From positions 40,257-104,256 of the forward strand of contig CBFGTS010000016.1 of the NCBI GenBank assembly GCA_965652295.1: DNA of 64,000 bases. Direction: 5' to 3'. The position numbers and the translations under genes were made by a program. Below, piece after piece: positions 30,733 through 41,341 of this stretch. The DNA comes from an uncultured Haloferula sp. (GTDB lineage Bacteria > Verrucomicrobiota > Verrucomicrobiia > Verrucomicrobiales > Akkermansiaceae). The notes under the pieces were generated by a model that was not told the DNA's origin, did no database searches, and saw only the letters and a list, made by a program, of their open reading frames with translations. Every line of letters starts with the position of its first letter. The stretch's first letter is position 1.

Positions 30733-32249
30733 AGAAGAAGCAAAGCAGATGGTGGATGGTGAATGTTGGATGGTGGATCATCGTGGCCAGCGCTCTTTCC
30801 GTGGCCACGCCGGCACTCGCCGAAAAGATCATCCCTCCATCGAACCTGTTCCGCGATCCGCAGTTCGTGCGCGAATTCGTGGGGAGCTACGGCTTCCATT
30901 CGGAAATCGAACCGAAGGTCTCCCCGGAGGAGAGCCGGGTGCTGGTGAAGATCCAGGAGCTGTTCGAGGAGTCGAAGTTTTCCGAGGCGGAAACGGAGAT
31001 GGTCCGCTTCATCAAGGAGACCGAGGCACCGACGGATCCCGAGAAGCAGCCCCGCGAGATCAGCGCGGCGATGGTGTTCGTACTAGGGAACCTGTATTTC
31101 TCCGCCGATCGCACCGAGGAGGCGCGGCGTGCATTTCTGGAAGCGATCCGTCGTTTTCCGAAGTTCCGCCGGGCGCACGTGAACCTCGGCTATCTCTATG
31201 TTTCCAAGGAAGAGTTCGACAAGGCCCAGGGGCACTTCCAGGAGGCGATCTCGCTCGGTGAGGGCAGCCCGCGGGTCTTCGGCCTGCTCGGCTACACCTA
31301 CCTGTTGAAGCAGCAGGCATTGGCGGCGGAGAATGCCTACCGCCAGGCATATCTGCTCGATCCGAATTCGAAGGACTGGAAGCTCGGACTCGCGCAGGCG
31401 CTGATCCAGCAGGAGAAGTTCGACGAGGCCTCCGCGCTGCTCGGCAATCTGGTGGAGGAATTTCCCGAGGACCCGCAACTCTGGCTCCAGCAGACGAACG
31501 CGCTGCTCGCCCAGGAAAAGAAGGTCGAGGCCGCGGTGAATCTGGAGATCCTGCGGATGAAGGGGCTTGCGGGAGAAGGCGAACTCACGCTGCTCGGCAA
31601 TCTTTACATGGACCAGAACGAGCCGCAGCTCGCACTCTTCGCCTACCTCGCTGCACTGGAGAAGGCAGGCACGCTGAACGTCGATACCGCACTCAAATCG
31701 GCCAAGATCCTCAACGATTACGGCTATCCGGAGAAGGCGGCGGCCTACGTCGAACAGGTCCGCGCCAAGGGCGGGTCGAACCTTTCCACCGATGACCGCG
31801 TGAAGATCGACCTGATCGAGGTCCAGATCGCCCGCGCCGACAACAACCTCGAACGGGTTGGTGCCCTGCTGGAAGACCTGCTCGCCCGCGATCCGGCGAA
31901 CGGCGAAGTGCTGCTGGAACTCGGCAAGCACTACGACACGCTCGCAAAGAACGCCGAAGACGAGGACAGGAAGAGCGAATACCTCAACGAGGCGAAGACC
32001 CGCTTCCAGATCGCCGCCGGCCGCGAGGGCGATGTCGGCTACGGCGCGAATCTGGCTCTGGGGCAGCTCTTCACCCGCGAGCTGCAATACACGGACGCGC
32101 TGCCTTACCTCGAAAAGGCCGCCGAGATGAAGCCGAGTGACAATCTGAAGTCCTACGTCAGCAAGGTCCGCCGCGCCGCCGACCGCCAACGTCAGCGGGA
32201 GGAGCGAGAAGCCGCCGACCGTGAAGCCAAAGACAAAGCCAAGCAATGA
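30729..32249 (+). CDS. Periplasmic TPR protein (TtpD-like)
   Basis: Signal peptide; several TPR-like helical repeats (LGNLY, AHVNLGYLY, LGLAQAL). Confidence 0.8.
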   Translation: MKKKQSRWWMVNVGWWIIVASALSVATPALAEKIIPPSNLFRDPQFVREFVGSYGFHSEIEPKVSPEESRVLVKIQELFEESKFSEAETEMVRFIKETEAPTDPEKQPREISAAMVFVLGNLYFSADRTEEARRAFLEAIRRFPKFRRAHVNLGYLYVSKEEFDKAQGHFQEAISLGEGSPRVFGLLGYTYLLKQQALAAENAYRQAYLLDPNSKDWKLGLAQALIQQEKFDEASALLGNLVEEFPEDPQLWLQQTNALLAQEKKVEAAVNLEILRMKGLAGEGELTLLGNLYMDQNEPQLALFAYLAALEKAGTLNVDTALKSAKILNDYGYPEKAAAYVEQVRAKGGSNLSTDDRVKIDLIEVQIARADNNLERVGALLEDLLARDPANGEVLLELGKHYDTLAKNAEDEDRKSEYLNEAKTRFQIAAGREGDVGYGANLALGQLFTRELQYTDALPYLEKAAEMKPSDNLKSYVSKVRRAADRQRQREEREAADREAKDKAKQ

Positions 32250-32262
32250 TTTGCAACTTTCG

Positions 32263-32340
32263 ACCGCAGATGAACGCCGATGGACGCAGAGGAAGAGTTC
32301 GGCTGAATCGTGAGCTGCGTTCGTCCCCGGTTATCTGAGT
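32263..32340. repeat. Degenerate 10-bp-period inverted repeat (CGCAGATGAA-type) between the TPR and porin genes
   Basis: ACCGCAGATGAACGCCGATGGACGCAGAG ... CTGCGTTCGTCCCCGGTTATCTGAGT. Confidence 0.4.
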
Positions 32341-32364
32341 TTTTCCACTCCCGCATCATTTTCC

Positions 32365-33669
32365 ATGAAGATTCCGTTCATCCTCGCCTGTGCTACGGCA
32401 TGCATCGTAGCCGCCCCCGCCAACGACGCGCTCGACATCCTCGAGGGCAACAAGAAGGTCGATGACGTCACGCTGCCGCCGCTGCCCGACGGCGCGGAAG
32501 GCGCGGAGGAGGAAAAACCGGCCGTGTTCGTGGAGAAGGCGTGGTCGCCGAATCCGAGGCTCGACCCGATCTGGTCGCGCGCCGTGCTTTACGACAAGCC
32601 CGATGATCCGTGGGTCCAGCAGCTTGCGATCATGGGATTCTTCGAATTCGGCGGCGCGTGGGGCGATGCCGAGGTCGAGGGAGCTCGGAACGTCGAGCTG
32701 GACACCAGCCGCACGCGCCGTGCGCGGCTGGGCGCGCGGATGAAGATTTTCGGCAACACGGAGATCGAGACGGTGGGCGAGTTCGCCGGCGACAGTGAGT
32801 TCCAGCGACTGGAGCGGTTGAAAGGAAAGACCGGACTGCCGAAGGGGTTTGCGGTCGAATACGGCAAGTTCCGCCCGCATTTCGGAATCGAGGGCTCGAA
32901 GGATCCGCACCAGCTCCTCACGCCGGAGCGTTCGCTGCTGGCGTCGATGTTGATGCCTGCCAGCACCTTGGGAGCGTCCGTTTCCCAGCAGATCAATGCC
33001 TGGGAATGGCACCTCGGATGGTTTTCCGGGGACAATGATCGCTACGTTCCGGGCTTCGAGGGCAACGGATTCATCGCCGCGGGCCTCGCGTATCAGATGG
33101 ATGAGCGGATCGAGGGCGGCGACGTGATGCGCACGCGCTGGCACCTCGACTACATCCACAACATGGACCACCGGAAGAGCCGGTCGATTCCGCGCTACAA
33201 CGTCGCAGGCAGGACGGCGGCGAACGGTCCCCAAGGTCCGATTTCGAATCCGGCGTTCCGGCATCTCGTTTCCACCGGCTTTTCGGCGGAGGGCGAACGC
33301 TTCGGTTTCGAGGGCGACTTCATGCTGGCGAACGGCGATCTCAACGCGTGGGGCATGACGCTCACGCCGAGCTACTGGGTGCTTCCCGAGCGCCTGCAAA
33401 TCGTGGGCCGCTACCACTACGCGGACACCGACGCGGCGGGCGGACTCATCGGCGGGCTCGGTGTGGGTGGCGATCCGCTTTTCGACACTTCACCGCTGTT
33501 CGTGGGCGACGAGTTTCATTCATTCTACCTCGGGGCCAACCTGCATCTTTATCAGGACAAGGTCGTGTGGCTCAACGGCCTTGAGTATTCCATCATGAAG
33601 GACCAGGCCGGTGCCGGGTTCGACACCGACGGCTTCATCTGGCATTCCGCCGCACGGGTATCGTTCTAA
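32365..33669 (+). CDS. Outer-membrane porin, OprO/OprP-like (phosphate-selective family)
   Basis: Signal peptide, RRARLG basic ladder, YGKF.PHFG.EG..S...L...ERS, alternating beta strands, C-terminal Phe. Confidence 0.7.
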   Translation: MKIPFILACATACIVAAPANDALDILEGNKKVDDVTLPPLPDGAEGAEEEKPAVFVEKAWSPNPRLDPIWSRAVLYDKPDDPWVQQLAIMGFFEFGGAWGDAEVEGARNVELDTSRTRRARLGARMKIFGNTEIETVGEFAGDSEFQRLERLKGKTGLPKGFAVEYGKFRPHFGIEGSKDPHQLLTPERSLLASMLMPASTLGASVSQQINAWEWHLGWFSGDNDRYVPGFEGNGFIAAGLAYQMDERIEGGDVMRTRWHLDYIHNMDHRKSRSIPRYNVAGRTAANGPQGPISNPAFRHLVSTGFSAEGERFGFEGDFMLANGDLNAWGMTLTPSYWVLPERLQIVGRYHYADTDAAGGLIGGLGVGGDPLFDTSPLFVGDEFHSFYLGANLHLYQDKVVWLNGLEYSIMKDQAGAGFDTDGFIWHSAARVSF

Positions 33670-33746
33670 CGAAGCCCCTCAGGAGAGCGGCTTTGCAAAC
33701 CGCTGCCTTCTTTCGGTCGGCCAGGGCTGCCCGACCCTACCTTGCG

Positions 33747-34397
33747 TCACTCCACGGTGACGGGCGTGCCGACCTTCACCTTGCGGAAAACGGTGGGGAC
33801 GATGGCGCGCGGTCCGCGGATGCAGCCGTGGGATGCGGGATAGCGGGGGACGTTGCCGATGTGGTGGCCGACGCCGTCATTGGTCAGCCGCATCCAGTAA
33901 GGCATTGGCGCGCCGGTAAAACTTCCGCCTTCGGGAACCTCGGAGGGTTTTTCCACGCCATGGACACGCTCGCCCTCGGCATCGAAGACCTTGCCGTAGG
34001 CGTTGGAGCTCTTGTCGATTGTCTTTTCGAGGATCGTGTAATCTCCGGCAGGGGTCGGGAAGCCGCCCTTGCCGGTGGAAACAGGATAGTCGATGGCCAC
34101 CTCGTCCCCGTTCATCAGGAAACCGCGCTGGAGTTTGCGTGAGATCACCAGGCGCGAATTGCTCGCATTGGTCCGCGAAAGGACCTCCTCGTTCTTCCAG
34201 ATCTTTTGGGTCTTCGGGTAGCTCCGCTCGGCCTTGAAATGCTCGTAGGTGCCCGGCTCGTAAGGGTTGATCGGCCGGCCTTCCTTATCGACCGGTTTGC
34301 CGTCTTCTCCGAGTCTGATTCCGGGCTCCTTCGCGCAGTTCGCCACCAGTAGGGTGAGCAGCGTGAGAGACAGGGCCTTGATCCACAGTTTTTTCAT
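33747..34397 (-). CDS. L,D-transpeptidase (YkuD) lipoprotein
   Basis: LLVANC lipobox; PVSTGK...TP.G.Y, MPYWMRL, HIG...ASHGCIR. Confidence 0.9.
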   Translation of the reverse strand: MKKLWIKALSLTLLTLLVANCAKEPGIRLGEDGKPVDKEGRPINPYEPGTYEHFKAERSYPKTQKIWKNEEVLSRTNASNSRLVISRKLQRGFLMNGDEVAIDYPVSTGKGGFPTPAGDYTILEKTIDKSSNAYGKVFDAEGERVHGVEKPSEVPEGGSFTGAPMPYWMRLTNDGVGHHIGNVPRYPASHGCIRGPRAIVPTVFRKVKVGTPVTVE

Positions 34398-34450
34398 GTG
34401 CCAGAAGGGGATTGGGCGGAGCCTATACCCTCCTGATGCCGGGGGCGCAA

Positions 34451-35788
34451 TCATTTGGATTCGCCGGGGTCGAGGGCCTCGGCCCGCTTCCGCAAGGCTG
34501 TGGCGGCGGTTTGATTGCGGTTTTCCGATTCCCAGAGGGAGGCCAGCTCCCGCAGAGCGGCGGCGGTTTCCGCCCGGGCTTCGGGCGGGTAGGTTTTGAT
34601 GGCGGCGCGCAGGCGTTCTTCCGCGGCGGCGGTGCGGCCGGTCTCGATCAGGTGGGCGGCGAAGGCCCGTTGGAAATCCGGATCCGCGGCGGGTCCGTCG
34701 GGGCCCGAGAGCGCTTCAGCCTCGCGGAACCTGCCTGCAGCGAGAGTCGTGGTTTCCGGATCACGCCGCGTGGCGACGGCGAGCAGCACCGCCAGCCGCG
34801 GATCCTCCGGGTGCTCAAAGATGCCTTTTTCCAGCAGCAGACGCGCTTTCCGTGGTTCCCCGGCTGCCAGCCACTCCTCCGCCAGGTCGGCGAACTCATC
34901 CGTGTCCCCGCCACGGAGCTTCAACAGTTCCGCCGCGTGCCCGCGTGCCCGTGCGGGGTCGTCGATTTTGCGGAAATACTTGGCCAGGGCCTGGTGAGCG
35001 AGCCAGCGGCGGCGATCAATCTCCAGCACCTTTTCGAGCGCTTCCACGCCCTCGCTGCCGTGGTCGCCGGCGAAAAGCAACACGCCCAGCCGCGTCCTCA
35101 TGGAGAGCGACGATGGCGCGACCTCGACGTGCCGCCGCAGAACATCGATGGCCCGGTCGAGCCGCCCGGTGGTGCGGAAATGTTCGCTCGCCGCCTTGGC
35201 CAGGCCCGCATCGGCGGGGAACGAGGTCAGCGTCCGATCGAGCATTGCATCGACCCGCTGCCGCGCCCCGGCGTCATCCGCCGGGAAGAGGTTGCGCGCC
35301 AATTCCAGGCCGAATCTTGCCATGGACGGCGAGGTGCCTGTTTCCGCCTCGGCGAACATCGCCAGCGAGCGCTCGCGTAATCCGCGCAGCTCGTAATTGC
35401 GGAACAACCGGCGCTGGACGCCGATGCTGGCGGGGAACCTTTCCGCCGCTTGTTCCAACGTGTTTCCCGCCAAGGCGGCGGCCGCATCGTCCTGCGGGGC
35501 TACATTGAGCAGGACATCGGCGTAGGCGAGCTGCGCCTCCAGCCGCTCCGGATGCCGATGGGCGAACTCCCGGTAGAGAGTCACCGCCGCTTTTTCCTCG
35601 CCCGCCGCGAGCCGCTGGACGGCAACTTCCTTGACCAAGGGCCACGCATCGGGATCGGCGGCCAGCGCCTTTTCGTAGAACGGTCGCGGGTCACGATCGC
35701 GCGCGGCTTCCAGCACGCCCCGGGCGAAATCGACCTTCGGATCCGCCAGCAGCGGGGCCGTGAGGGCGAGGATCACGAGGCGTTTCAT
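34451..35788 (-). CDS. Exported TPR protein
   Basis: MKRLVILALTAPLLA signal; Ala/Leu-rich helical repeats. Confidence 0.7.
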   Translation of the reverse strand: MKRLVILALTAPLLADPKVDFARGVLEAARDRDPRPFYEKALAADPDAWPLVKEVAVQRLAAGEEKAAVTLYREFAHRHPERLEAQLAYADVLLNVAPQDDAAAALAGNTLEQAAERFPASIGVQRRLFRNYELRGLRERSLAMFAEAETGTSPSMARFGLELARNLFPADDAGARQRVDAMLDRTLTSFPADAGLAKAASEHFRTTGRLDRAIDVLRRHVEVAPSSLSMRTRLGVLLFAGDHGSEGVEALEKVLEIDRRRWLAHQALAKYFRKIDDPARARGHAAELLKLRGGDTDEFADLAEEWLAAGEPRKARLLLEKGIFEHPEDPRLAVLLAVATRRDPETTTLAAGRFREAEALSGPDGPAADPDFQRAFAAHLIETGRTAAAEERLRAAIKTYPPEARAETAAALRELASLWESENRNQTAATALRKRAEALDPGESK

Positions 35789-35949
35789 GGCCCGATGCTC
35801 CTTCCGCATGGGGCCGGGTGGCCAGCGGAAACCGCGCGCCCTCTGATCACCATCCGGCTCGCCGGGAAGGGAGGCGTCGCCCGGGCGATTTGGATTTCCC
35901 GCCGCGGGGGTTGGAATCCGGCAGGCTTTGTGCTGGTTTCCCTCCGTCC

Positions 35950-38607
35950 ATGCAGAGCGAAAAGGAACGACTCGCCGAATCCCCGAAACGCAGCTCCGCG
36001 TGGCGTCGCTGGGGGCCGTACCTGAGCGAGCGCCAGTGGGGGACGGTGCGCGAGGACTACTCGGCCAGCGGCTGGAGCTGGGGCGCTTTTCCGCACGACC
36101 ACGCCCGTCGCCGCGCCTACCGGTGGGGCGAGGACGGTCTGCAGGGCTGGACCGACCGCCAATGCCGTCTGTGTTTCGCCCCCGCGCTGTGGAACGGCAA
36201 GGATCCGATCCTCAAGGAGCGCCTCTTCGGCCTCGGCGGCCACGAGGGGAACCACGGTGAGGACGTCAAGGAGTGCTACTACTACCTCGATTCCACGCCG
36301 ACCCACTCCTACACCAAGGCGCTCTACAAGTACCCGCAGTGCGAATTCCCCTACACCCGCCTGCGCAACGAGAATGCCTCCCGCCCCCGTAGCGAGCCCG
36401 AGCTGGAACTTGCCGACCTCGGCGTGTTCGACGAGGGACGCTATTTCGACGTCGTCCAGGAGGTCGCCAAGCGCACCCCCGAGGACATTCTGTGGCGGAT
36501 CAGCATCACCAACCGCGGGCCCAAACCCGCGCCGATCCATCTGCTGCCGCAGCTCTGGTTCCGCAACACGTGGAGCTTCGGCGTGCTGCGGGAGGAGCCG
36601 GTGGAAAAGCCGACGATCACCCTGGAGGATGGTTCCCTGCTGCTCACCCACTCGACGCTCGGCCGCTTCCATTTCGTGGCGGAAACCGCGGAAGGCGGCC
36701 CTCCTGTGAAATGGCTTTTCACCGACAACGAAACCAACGAGCCGTCGGTGTTCGGGGTGAAGGCGAGTCACAAATATTTCAAGGATGGCTTCGACCGCCA
36801 CCTCATTCATGGAGACAAGGACGCCGTCTCGAAAAGACCGACCGGAACCAAGGCGGCGGCCTGGTTCAAAGCCCGCATCCCGGCGGGGAAAACCGTCGTC
36901 TTCCGCTGCCGTCTGCACCGGGCGAAGGAGGACAACGGCCTCGCGGGACTGGAACAGTTCGACGAAACCTTTGCCGCCCGCGAGGCGGAGTGCGATGAAT
37001 TTTACCGTCAGGTCATGCCCCACGGGGCCTCGGACGAGGAGCGGCTGATCTGCCGTCAGGGGTACGCCGGCCTGTTGTGGACGAAGCAGTTCTACCACTA
37101 CGCCATCGATGAGTGGCTCTCCGGCGACAAGAACGGCCCGCGGCCACCCGTCGAGCGCATGAAGGGCCGCAATCACGACTGGGGCCACTTCCTCGCCCGT
37201 GATGTGCTCTCCATGCCCGACAAATGGGAGTACCCCTGGTTCGCCGCCTGGGACACCGCCTTCCACATGATCCCCTTCGCGCGGATCGATCCGGAATTCG
37301 CCAAGCACCAGCTCCTTCTGCTACTACGGGAGTGGTACATGCACCCGAACGGGCAGCTCCCGGCCTACGAGTGGAATTTCTCCGACGTCAACCCGCCGGT
37401 CCACGCCTGGGCCGTCTGGCGGGTGTACAAGATCGCCGCCAAAAACGGCGACCGCGACCTGCTGTTCCTCGAGCGCTGTTTCCAGAAGCTGCTGCTCAAC
37501 TTCACCTGGTGGGTCAACCGCAAGGACGCCGACGGCAACCACGTCTTCGGCGGCGGCTTCCTCGGGCTCGACAACATCGGCGTCTTCGACCGCTCCCACC
37601 ATCTGCCCGATGGCTCGACGCTCTTCCAGGCGGACGGCACCGCGTGGATGGCCGGCTACTGCCTCACCATGCTCACCATGGCGTTGGAGCTCGCCCGCAC
37701 GCGCCCGGCCTACGAGGACATCGCCTCGAAATTCTTCGAGCACTTCGTTTCCATCACCGATGCGATCAACTCCGATGAAAACAACGGCCTGTGGGATGAA
37801 GAGGACGGCTTCTACTATGACCGCCTGATTTTCGACGACCAGGAGTCCGTGCCCCTGCGTACCCGCTCGCTCGTCGGGCTGCTGCCGTTGTGCGCGTCCA
37901 CGGTGCTCAACCAGTCGCACCTCGATGAGCTGCCCGGCTTCCGCAAGCGGGTCGACTACTTTCTCACCATCCGGCCCGACCTCCTGCGCTACATCAAGGT
38001 TCGCCGTCACGATGGCGAGAAGAACCCCGTGCGCTGCCTGCTCGCCATTCCCACCGAGCGGCGGCTGCTGCGCTGCATGGAGCGGCTCACCGATCCGAAG
38101 GAGTTCCTCAGCCGGTTCGGCATCCGCTCCCTCTCCAAAGCCCACGAGAAGCCGTTCGTCTTCGAGCACGGCGGCCAGCGCAATGAAGTCGCCTACACCC
38201 CCGGTGAGTCGGATACCGACATGTTCGGCGGCAACTCGAACTGGCGCGGACCGATCTGGTTCCCCATCAACTTCATCATCATCGAGGCACTCGAACGCTA
38301 TCACTATTTTTATGGCGACACGCTCAAGGTCGAGTATCCCAAGGGCTCCGGAAATGAGGTGACCTTCCGCGAGGTGGCCGAGGACCTCTCGAACCGCCTC
38401 GTCTCACTCTTCAAGCCGGACGAAAACGGCTACCGCCCGTGTTTCGGCGAAGCCAAGCGGTACACCGACGTGGCGCATTGGCAGCACCTGCTCCTCTTCC
38501 ACGAGTATTTCCACGCCGAGACCGGCGAAGGCCTCGGCGCATCCCACCAGACTGGCTGGACGGCTCTGGTCATCCGTTTGATCCGCGAGCAGCTGGAAAA
38601 GGAGTAA
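35950..38607 (+). CDS. GH63/MGH1-like glucosidase (alpha/alpha)6
   Basis: [52 protein letters not shown]; real start probably ATG 35950. Confidence 0.88.
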   Translation: MQSEKERLAESPKRSSAWRRWGPYLSERQWGTVREDYSASGWSWGAFPHDHARRRAYRWGEDGLQGWTDRQCRLCFAPALWNGKDPILKERLFGLGGHEGNHGEDVKECYYYLDSTPTHSYTKALYKYPQCEFPYTRLRNENASRPRSEPELELADLGVFDEGRYFDVVQEVAKRTPEDILWRISITNRGPKPAPIHLLPQLWFRNTWSFGVLREEPVEKPTITLEDGSLLLTHSTLGRFHFVAETAEGGPPVKWLFTDNETNEPSVFGVKASHKYFKDGFDRHLIHGDKDAVSKRPTGTKAAAWFKARIPAGKTVVFRCRLHRAKEDNGLAGLEQFDETFAAREAECDEFYRQVMPHGASDEERLICRQGYAGLLWTKQFYHYAIDEWLSGDKNGPRPPVERMKGRNHDWGHFLARDVLSMPDKWEYPWFAAWDTAFHMIPFARIDPEFAKHQLLLLLREWYMHPNGQLPAYEWNFSDVNPPVHAWAVWRVYKIAAKNGDRDLLFLERCFQKLLLNFTWWVNRKDADGNHVFGGGFLGLDNIGVFDRSHHLPDGSTLFQADGTAWMAGYCLTMLTMALELARTRPAYEDIASKFFEHFVSITDAINSDENNGLWDEEDGFYYDRLIFDDQESVPLRTRSLVGLLPLCASTVLNQSHLDELPGFRKRVDYFLTIRPDLLRYIKVRRHDGEKNPVRCLLAIPTERRLLRCMERLTDPKEFLSRFGIRSLSKAHEKPFVFEHGGQRNEVAYTPGESDTDMFGGNSNWRGPIWFPINFIIIEALERYHYFYGDTLKVEYPKGSGNEVTFREVAEDLSNRLVSLFKPDENGYRPCFGEAKRYTDVAHWQHLLLFHEYFHAETGEGLGASHQTGWTALVIRLIREQLEKE

Positions 38608-38656
38608 GCGCTTCGTTGAGCGGGCATGTATCCAAGGCTCGAAGCGCTTTTTAGAT

Positions 38657-38770
38657 CACGGAGACACCGAGAAAACAGAGGCCACGGAGAAAGGCAGGGC
38701 TGCGGCTTTTTAGCGCGACCCGTGCTCGGGTTCTACTCCGTGGCCTCCGTTTTCTCTCAGTGTCTCCGTG
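38657..38770. repeat. Long imperfect inverted repeat made of ~9-bp CACGGAG units
   Basis: Left arm CACGGAGACACCGAGAAAACAGAGGCCACGGAG (38657-38689); right arm CTCCGTGGCCTCCGTTTTCTCTCAGTGTCTCCGTG (38736-38770). Confidence 0.8.
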
Positions 38771-38890
38771 TTGGAAAGAAAGACCGCCCAGTTGTGAACT
38801 GGCCTTGTACAAACCTAACGGAGGGCCAGAGAGTAGAGGGAGCGCCGATGATGAAATCGGCGTCTCCGTACTCCGGCCGCTCGTTTCCCA

Positions 38891-40156
38891 TCACGCCTCA
38901 CCGGGAATCGGCGGGACCTCGGCAGGAAGCTCGACCGGTCCCTTCTCGAAGGCGAGGGCCGTGGGTTGGAGGGTGAGGTTGTAGAACGGCGATTTCTCGT
39001 TCTTCAGGAGGTCCACCCAGCGGACCATCTGGCCGGTGTAGGCGGAGATGCGGCCCATGATGGCGGCGGCGGTGACCTCGGCGATGCGCTCGGCGTCGTT
39101 GAGCGGCTTTTCCTCCAGCACGCCGCGCAGCAGATCGACGTGCTCCTGAACCATGGCGTTGTCACTATCGACGGTGATGTCGGGAATCGAGACGTCCTTG
39201 CCGTCGAGCTTGCCACCACCGTAGCAGGCACCGGACGCGCCGGTGAACATCTCGCCGACGCGGCTGTAAGCCCCGGCGAGCTGGCGGCACTGGCTGTGGA
39301 TGTGAACGTCGTCACCGAAGTCGAAATCGACGCTGAAGAAGTCGAACTGATTCCCGGTGCGGCGACGCGCGCGCCCGCCGAAGCCGAGTGCGGAAACGGG
39401 CATGCGACCGAGGAACCAGCAGGCGATGTCGATCTGGTGGACGTGCTGCTCGACGATGTGATCGCCGGAAAGCTCGACGAAGTTCAGCCAGTTGCGGGTG
39501 AGGTATTCGGTGTCCGACCAGCCATCCTGGCGGTCGCGGATCCAGGGGATTTCGCCGTTCCACTGGATGACTCCGCCGCGGAGGTCGCCGATGGCCCCTG
39601 CGTCGATCTTCGCCTTGTTGAGGAGGTATCCCTTCTGGTGGCGGCGCTGGGTGCCGGCGACCACGCCGAGGCCCTTGGAGGCCGCGAGCTTGCCGGTCTC
39701 GATGACCGAGCGGCAGCCGGGGGCGTCGACGGCGACGGGCTTTTCCATGAAGACGTGTTTCTCCGCCTCGACCGCGGCGGCGAAATGGACCGGCCGGAAG
39801 GCGGGAGGCGTGGCGAGAAGGACGAAGTTGCAGTCGGTTTTCAGGGCCTTCTGGTAGGCGTCGTAGCCGGAAAAGACCTGGTCCGCGGGGACGTTGTGGT
39901 GCTTCGCGGTCCCCTCGGCGTTCTCTTTGAAGGCGTCCGCCGTGGCCACCACCTTGGCCTGGAGCTTGAGGATCTTGCAGGCCTCAAGGAAATCGTTGAC
40001 GGCACCGTTGCCGCGGCCGCCGCAGCCGACGAGAGCGACCTTGATTTCAGGGGCGCTGCCTGCGACTTGGGCGAAGAGATGAGGCGCGGCGGCCAGCGAG
40101 GCCCCGGCGAGGGTGCCTTGTTTCAGGAAACGACGGCGGGAGTGGAACGGAGTCAT
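38891..40156 (-). CDS. Tat-exported Gfo/Idh/MocA oxidoreductase
   Basis: SRRRFLK signal; ALVGCGGRG, LATPP.FRP.H, HVFMEKP, SGDHIVEQHVH. Confidence 0.92.
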   Translation of the reverse strand: MTPFHSRRRFLKQGTLAGASLAAAPHLFAQVAGSAPEIKVALVGCGGRGNGAVNDFLEACKILKLQAKVVATADAFKENAEGTAKHHNVPADQVFSGYDAYQKALKTDCNFVLLATPPAFRPVHFAAAVEAEKHVFMEKPVAVDAPGCRSVIETGKLAASKGLGVVAGTQRRHQKGYLLNKAKIDAGAIGDLRGGVIQWNGEIPWIRDRQDGWSDTEYLTRNWLNFVELSGDHIVEQHVHQIDIACWFLGRMPVSALGFGGRARRRTGNQFDFFSVDFDFGDDVHIHSQCRQLAGAYSRVGEMFTGASGACYGGGKLDGKDVSIPDITVDSDNAMVQEHVDLLRGVLEEKPLNDAERIAEVTAAAIMGRISAYTGQMVRWVDLLKNEKSPFYNLTLQPTALAFEKGPVELPAEVPPIPGEA

Positions 40157-40261
40157 CGGATGGAGATGGATTTGGAATGAACGCCGGAGCGGAATCGCTC
40201 GGACAGCAGCTAGGAACGGTTTCGCGGTTCGCGAAATTTCAACGGTTGGCGATTACCCACG

Positions 40262-40296
40262 AAAAAGCGCCGCCGGAACATTCCGGCGGCGCTTTT
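40262..40296 (-). terminator. Rho-independent terminator (possibly bidirectional)
   Basis: AAAAGCGCCGCCGGAA-CA-TTCCGGCGGCGCTTTT perfect hairpin after the thioredoxin gene. Confidence 0.88.
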
Positions 40297-40321
40297 GGAG
40301 AAATCGCTGGGACGGGCGGTG

Positions 40322-41341
40322 TTACTCGGCGGGCTCGTCCTTTTCGGCGTCGTCCGCGGCACCTTCCTCGGGTTCCTCAGCGGCGCCTTCCTCGGACTCC
40401 TCGGCAGCACCCGTGGACTGGGCGGCCATCTGGGACACGCGCTCCTTGAAGGCGTCGATGTTGCCGCCGATCTCCGAATCCGGATCGACGGCCTTGGCTT
40501 CGTCGAAGGCCGTGAGGGCTTCATCGAAGCGGCCCAGCTGGGCCAGAATCATGGCCTTGATGGTGGCGATCTGCTGCTTCTGCTCGCCTTTGAAATCGCC
40601 GGTCTCAAGGGTTTCGGCGACGTACTTCAGCGCGCTGTCGTGGTCGCCCTTCTGAGCGAATTCGTTGAGCTTCGACTCGAAATCGACGTAGCGCTGCTTC
40701 TCCTCCATTTTGGCGACGTAGCCGGTCTTATCGTCGGGGTCGGCGGCTTTGATTTTCTCCACCACGCCGTCGTAGAACTGAGCCACCATCGCCTCATCAA
40801 GGGCCATGGTTTCCAGGGCATTCACGAGTGCCTCGGCCTTCTCGGCTCCTTCAAGTTCCTCGGCCTTTTCGAAGGCGGCGTCGCGCGCTTTCCGGTTCTC
40901 GAGCAGCTTGTCGAGGTGCTCCACGTAGGCCTCGGCACCGCCTTCCTGATAGCCGGTGGTGGCGAAGGGACGGCCCTCGGCGTCGGCCAGGACGATGGTG
41001 GGAAAGCCCTGGATGCCGTATTTTTCCTGAAGCTCGGCGTTCTGCTTCTGGGTTTCTTCGGAGAGCTTCGAGGTGTCTTGCGGGAAATCCAGTTCCACGA
41101 GCACGAACTTGTCCTTCACGCCTTCCTTGAAGGCATCCTTCTGGAAGACCTCCTCGTTGAGCTTGATGCACCAGCCGCACCAGTCGGAGCCGGTGAAGTC
41201 CATGAGCAGGGATTTGTTGTCTTTGGCGGCTTCGGCCTTGGCGGCATCGAAGTCCGACGTCCAGCCCTCGCCCGCGGCGAAAGCGCTTCCGATGGCCATC
41301 GCGCAGACAACCGATTTGAAGAGGCGGGTAATTTGCATCAT
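40322..41341 (-). CDS. Exported thioredoxin-family protein (WCGWC) with TPR-like C-terminus and acidic tail
   Basis: Signal peptide, DFTGSDWCGWC, GFPT; start at ATG 41341 or 41338. Confidence 0.88.
   Translation of the reverse strand: MMQITRLFKSVVCAMAIGSAFAAGEGWTSDFDAAKAEAAKDNKSLLMDFTGSDWCGWCIKLNEEVFQKDAFKEGVKDKFVLVELDFPQDTSKLSEETQKQNAELQEKYGIQGFPTIVLADAEGRPFATTGYQEGGAEAYVEHLDKLLENRKARDAAFEKAEELEGAEKAEALVNALETMALDEAMVAQFYDGVVEKIKAADPDDKTGYVAKMEEKQRYVDFESKLNEFAQKGDHDSALKYVAETLETGDFKGEQKQQIATIKAMILAQLGRFDEALTAFDEAKAVDPDSEIGGNIDAFKERVSQMAAQSTGAAEESEEGAAEEPEEGAADDAEKDEPAE

Noticed and set aside
38657..38770. Periodic repeat as a CRISPR array or tRNA
   Set aside because: No constant repeat with unique spacers, no cas genes, no cloverleaf or T-loop motif.
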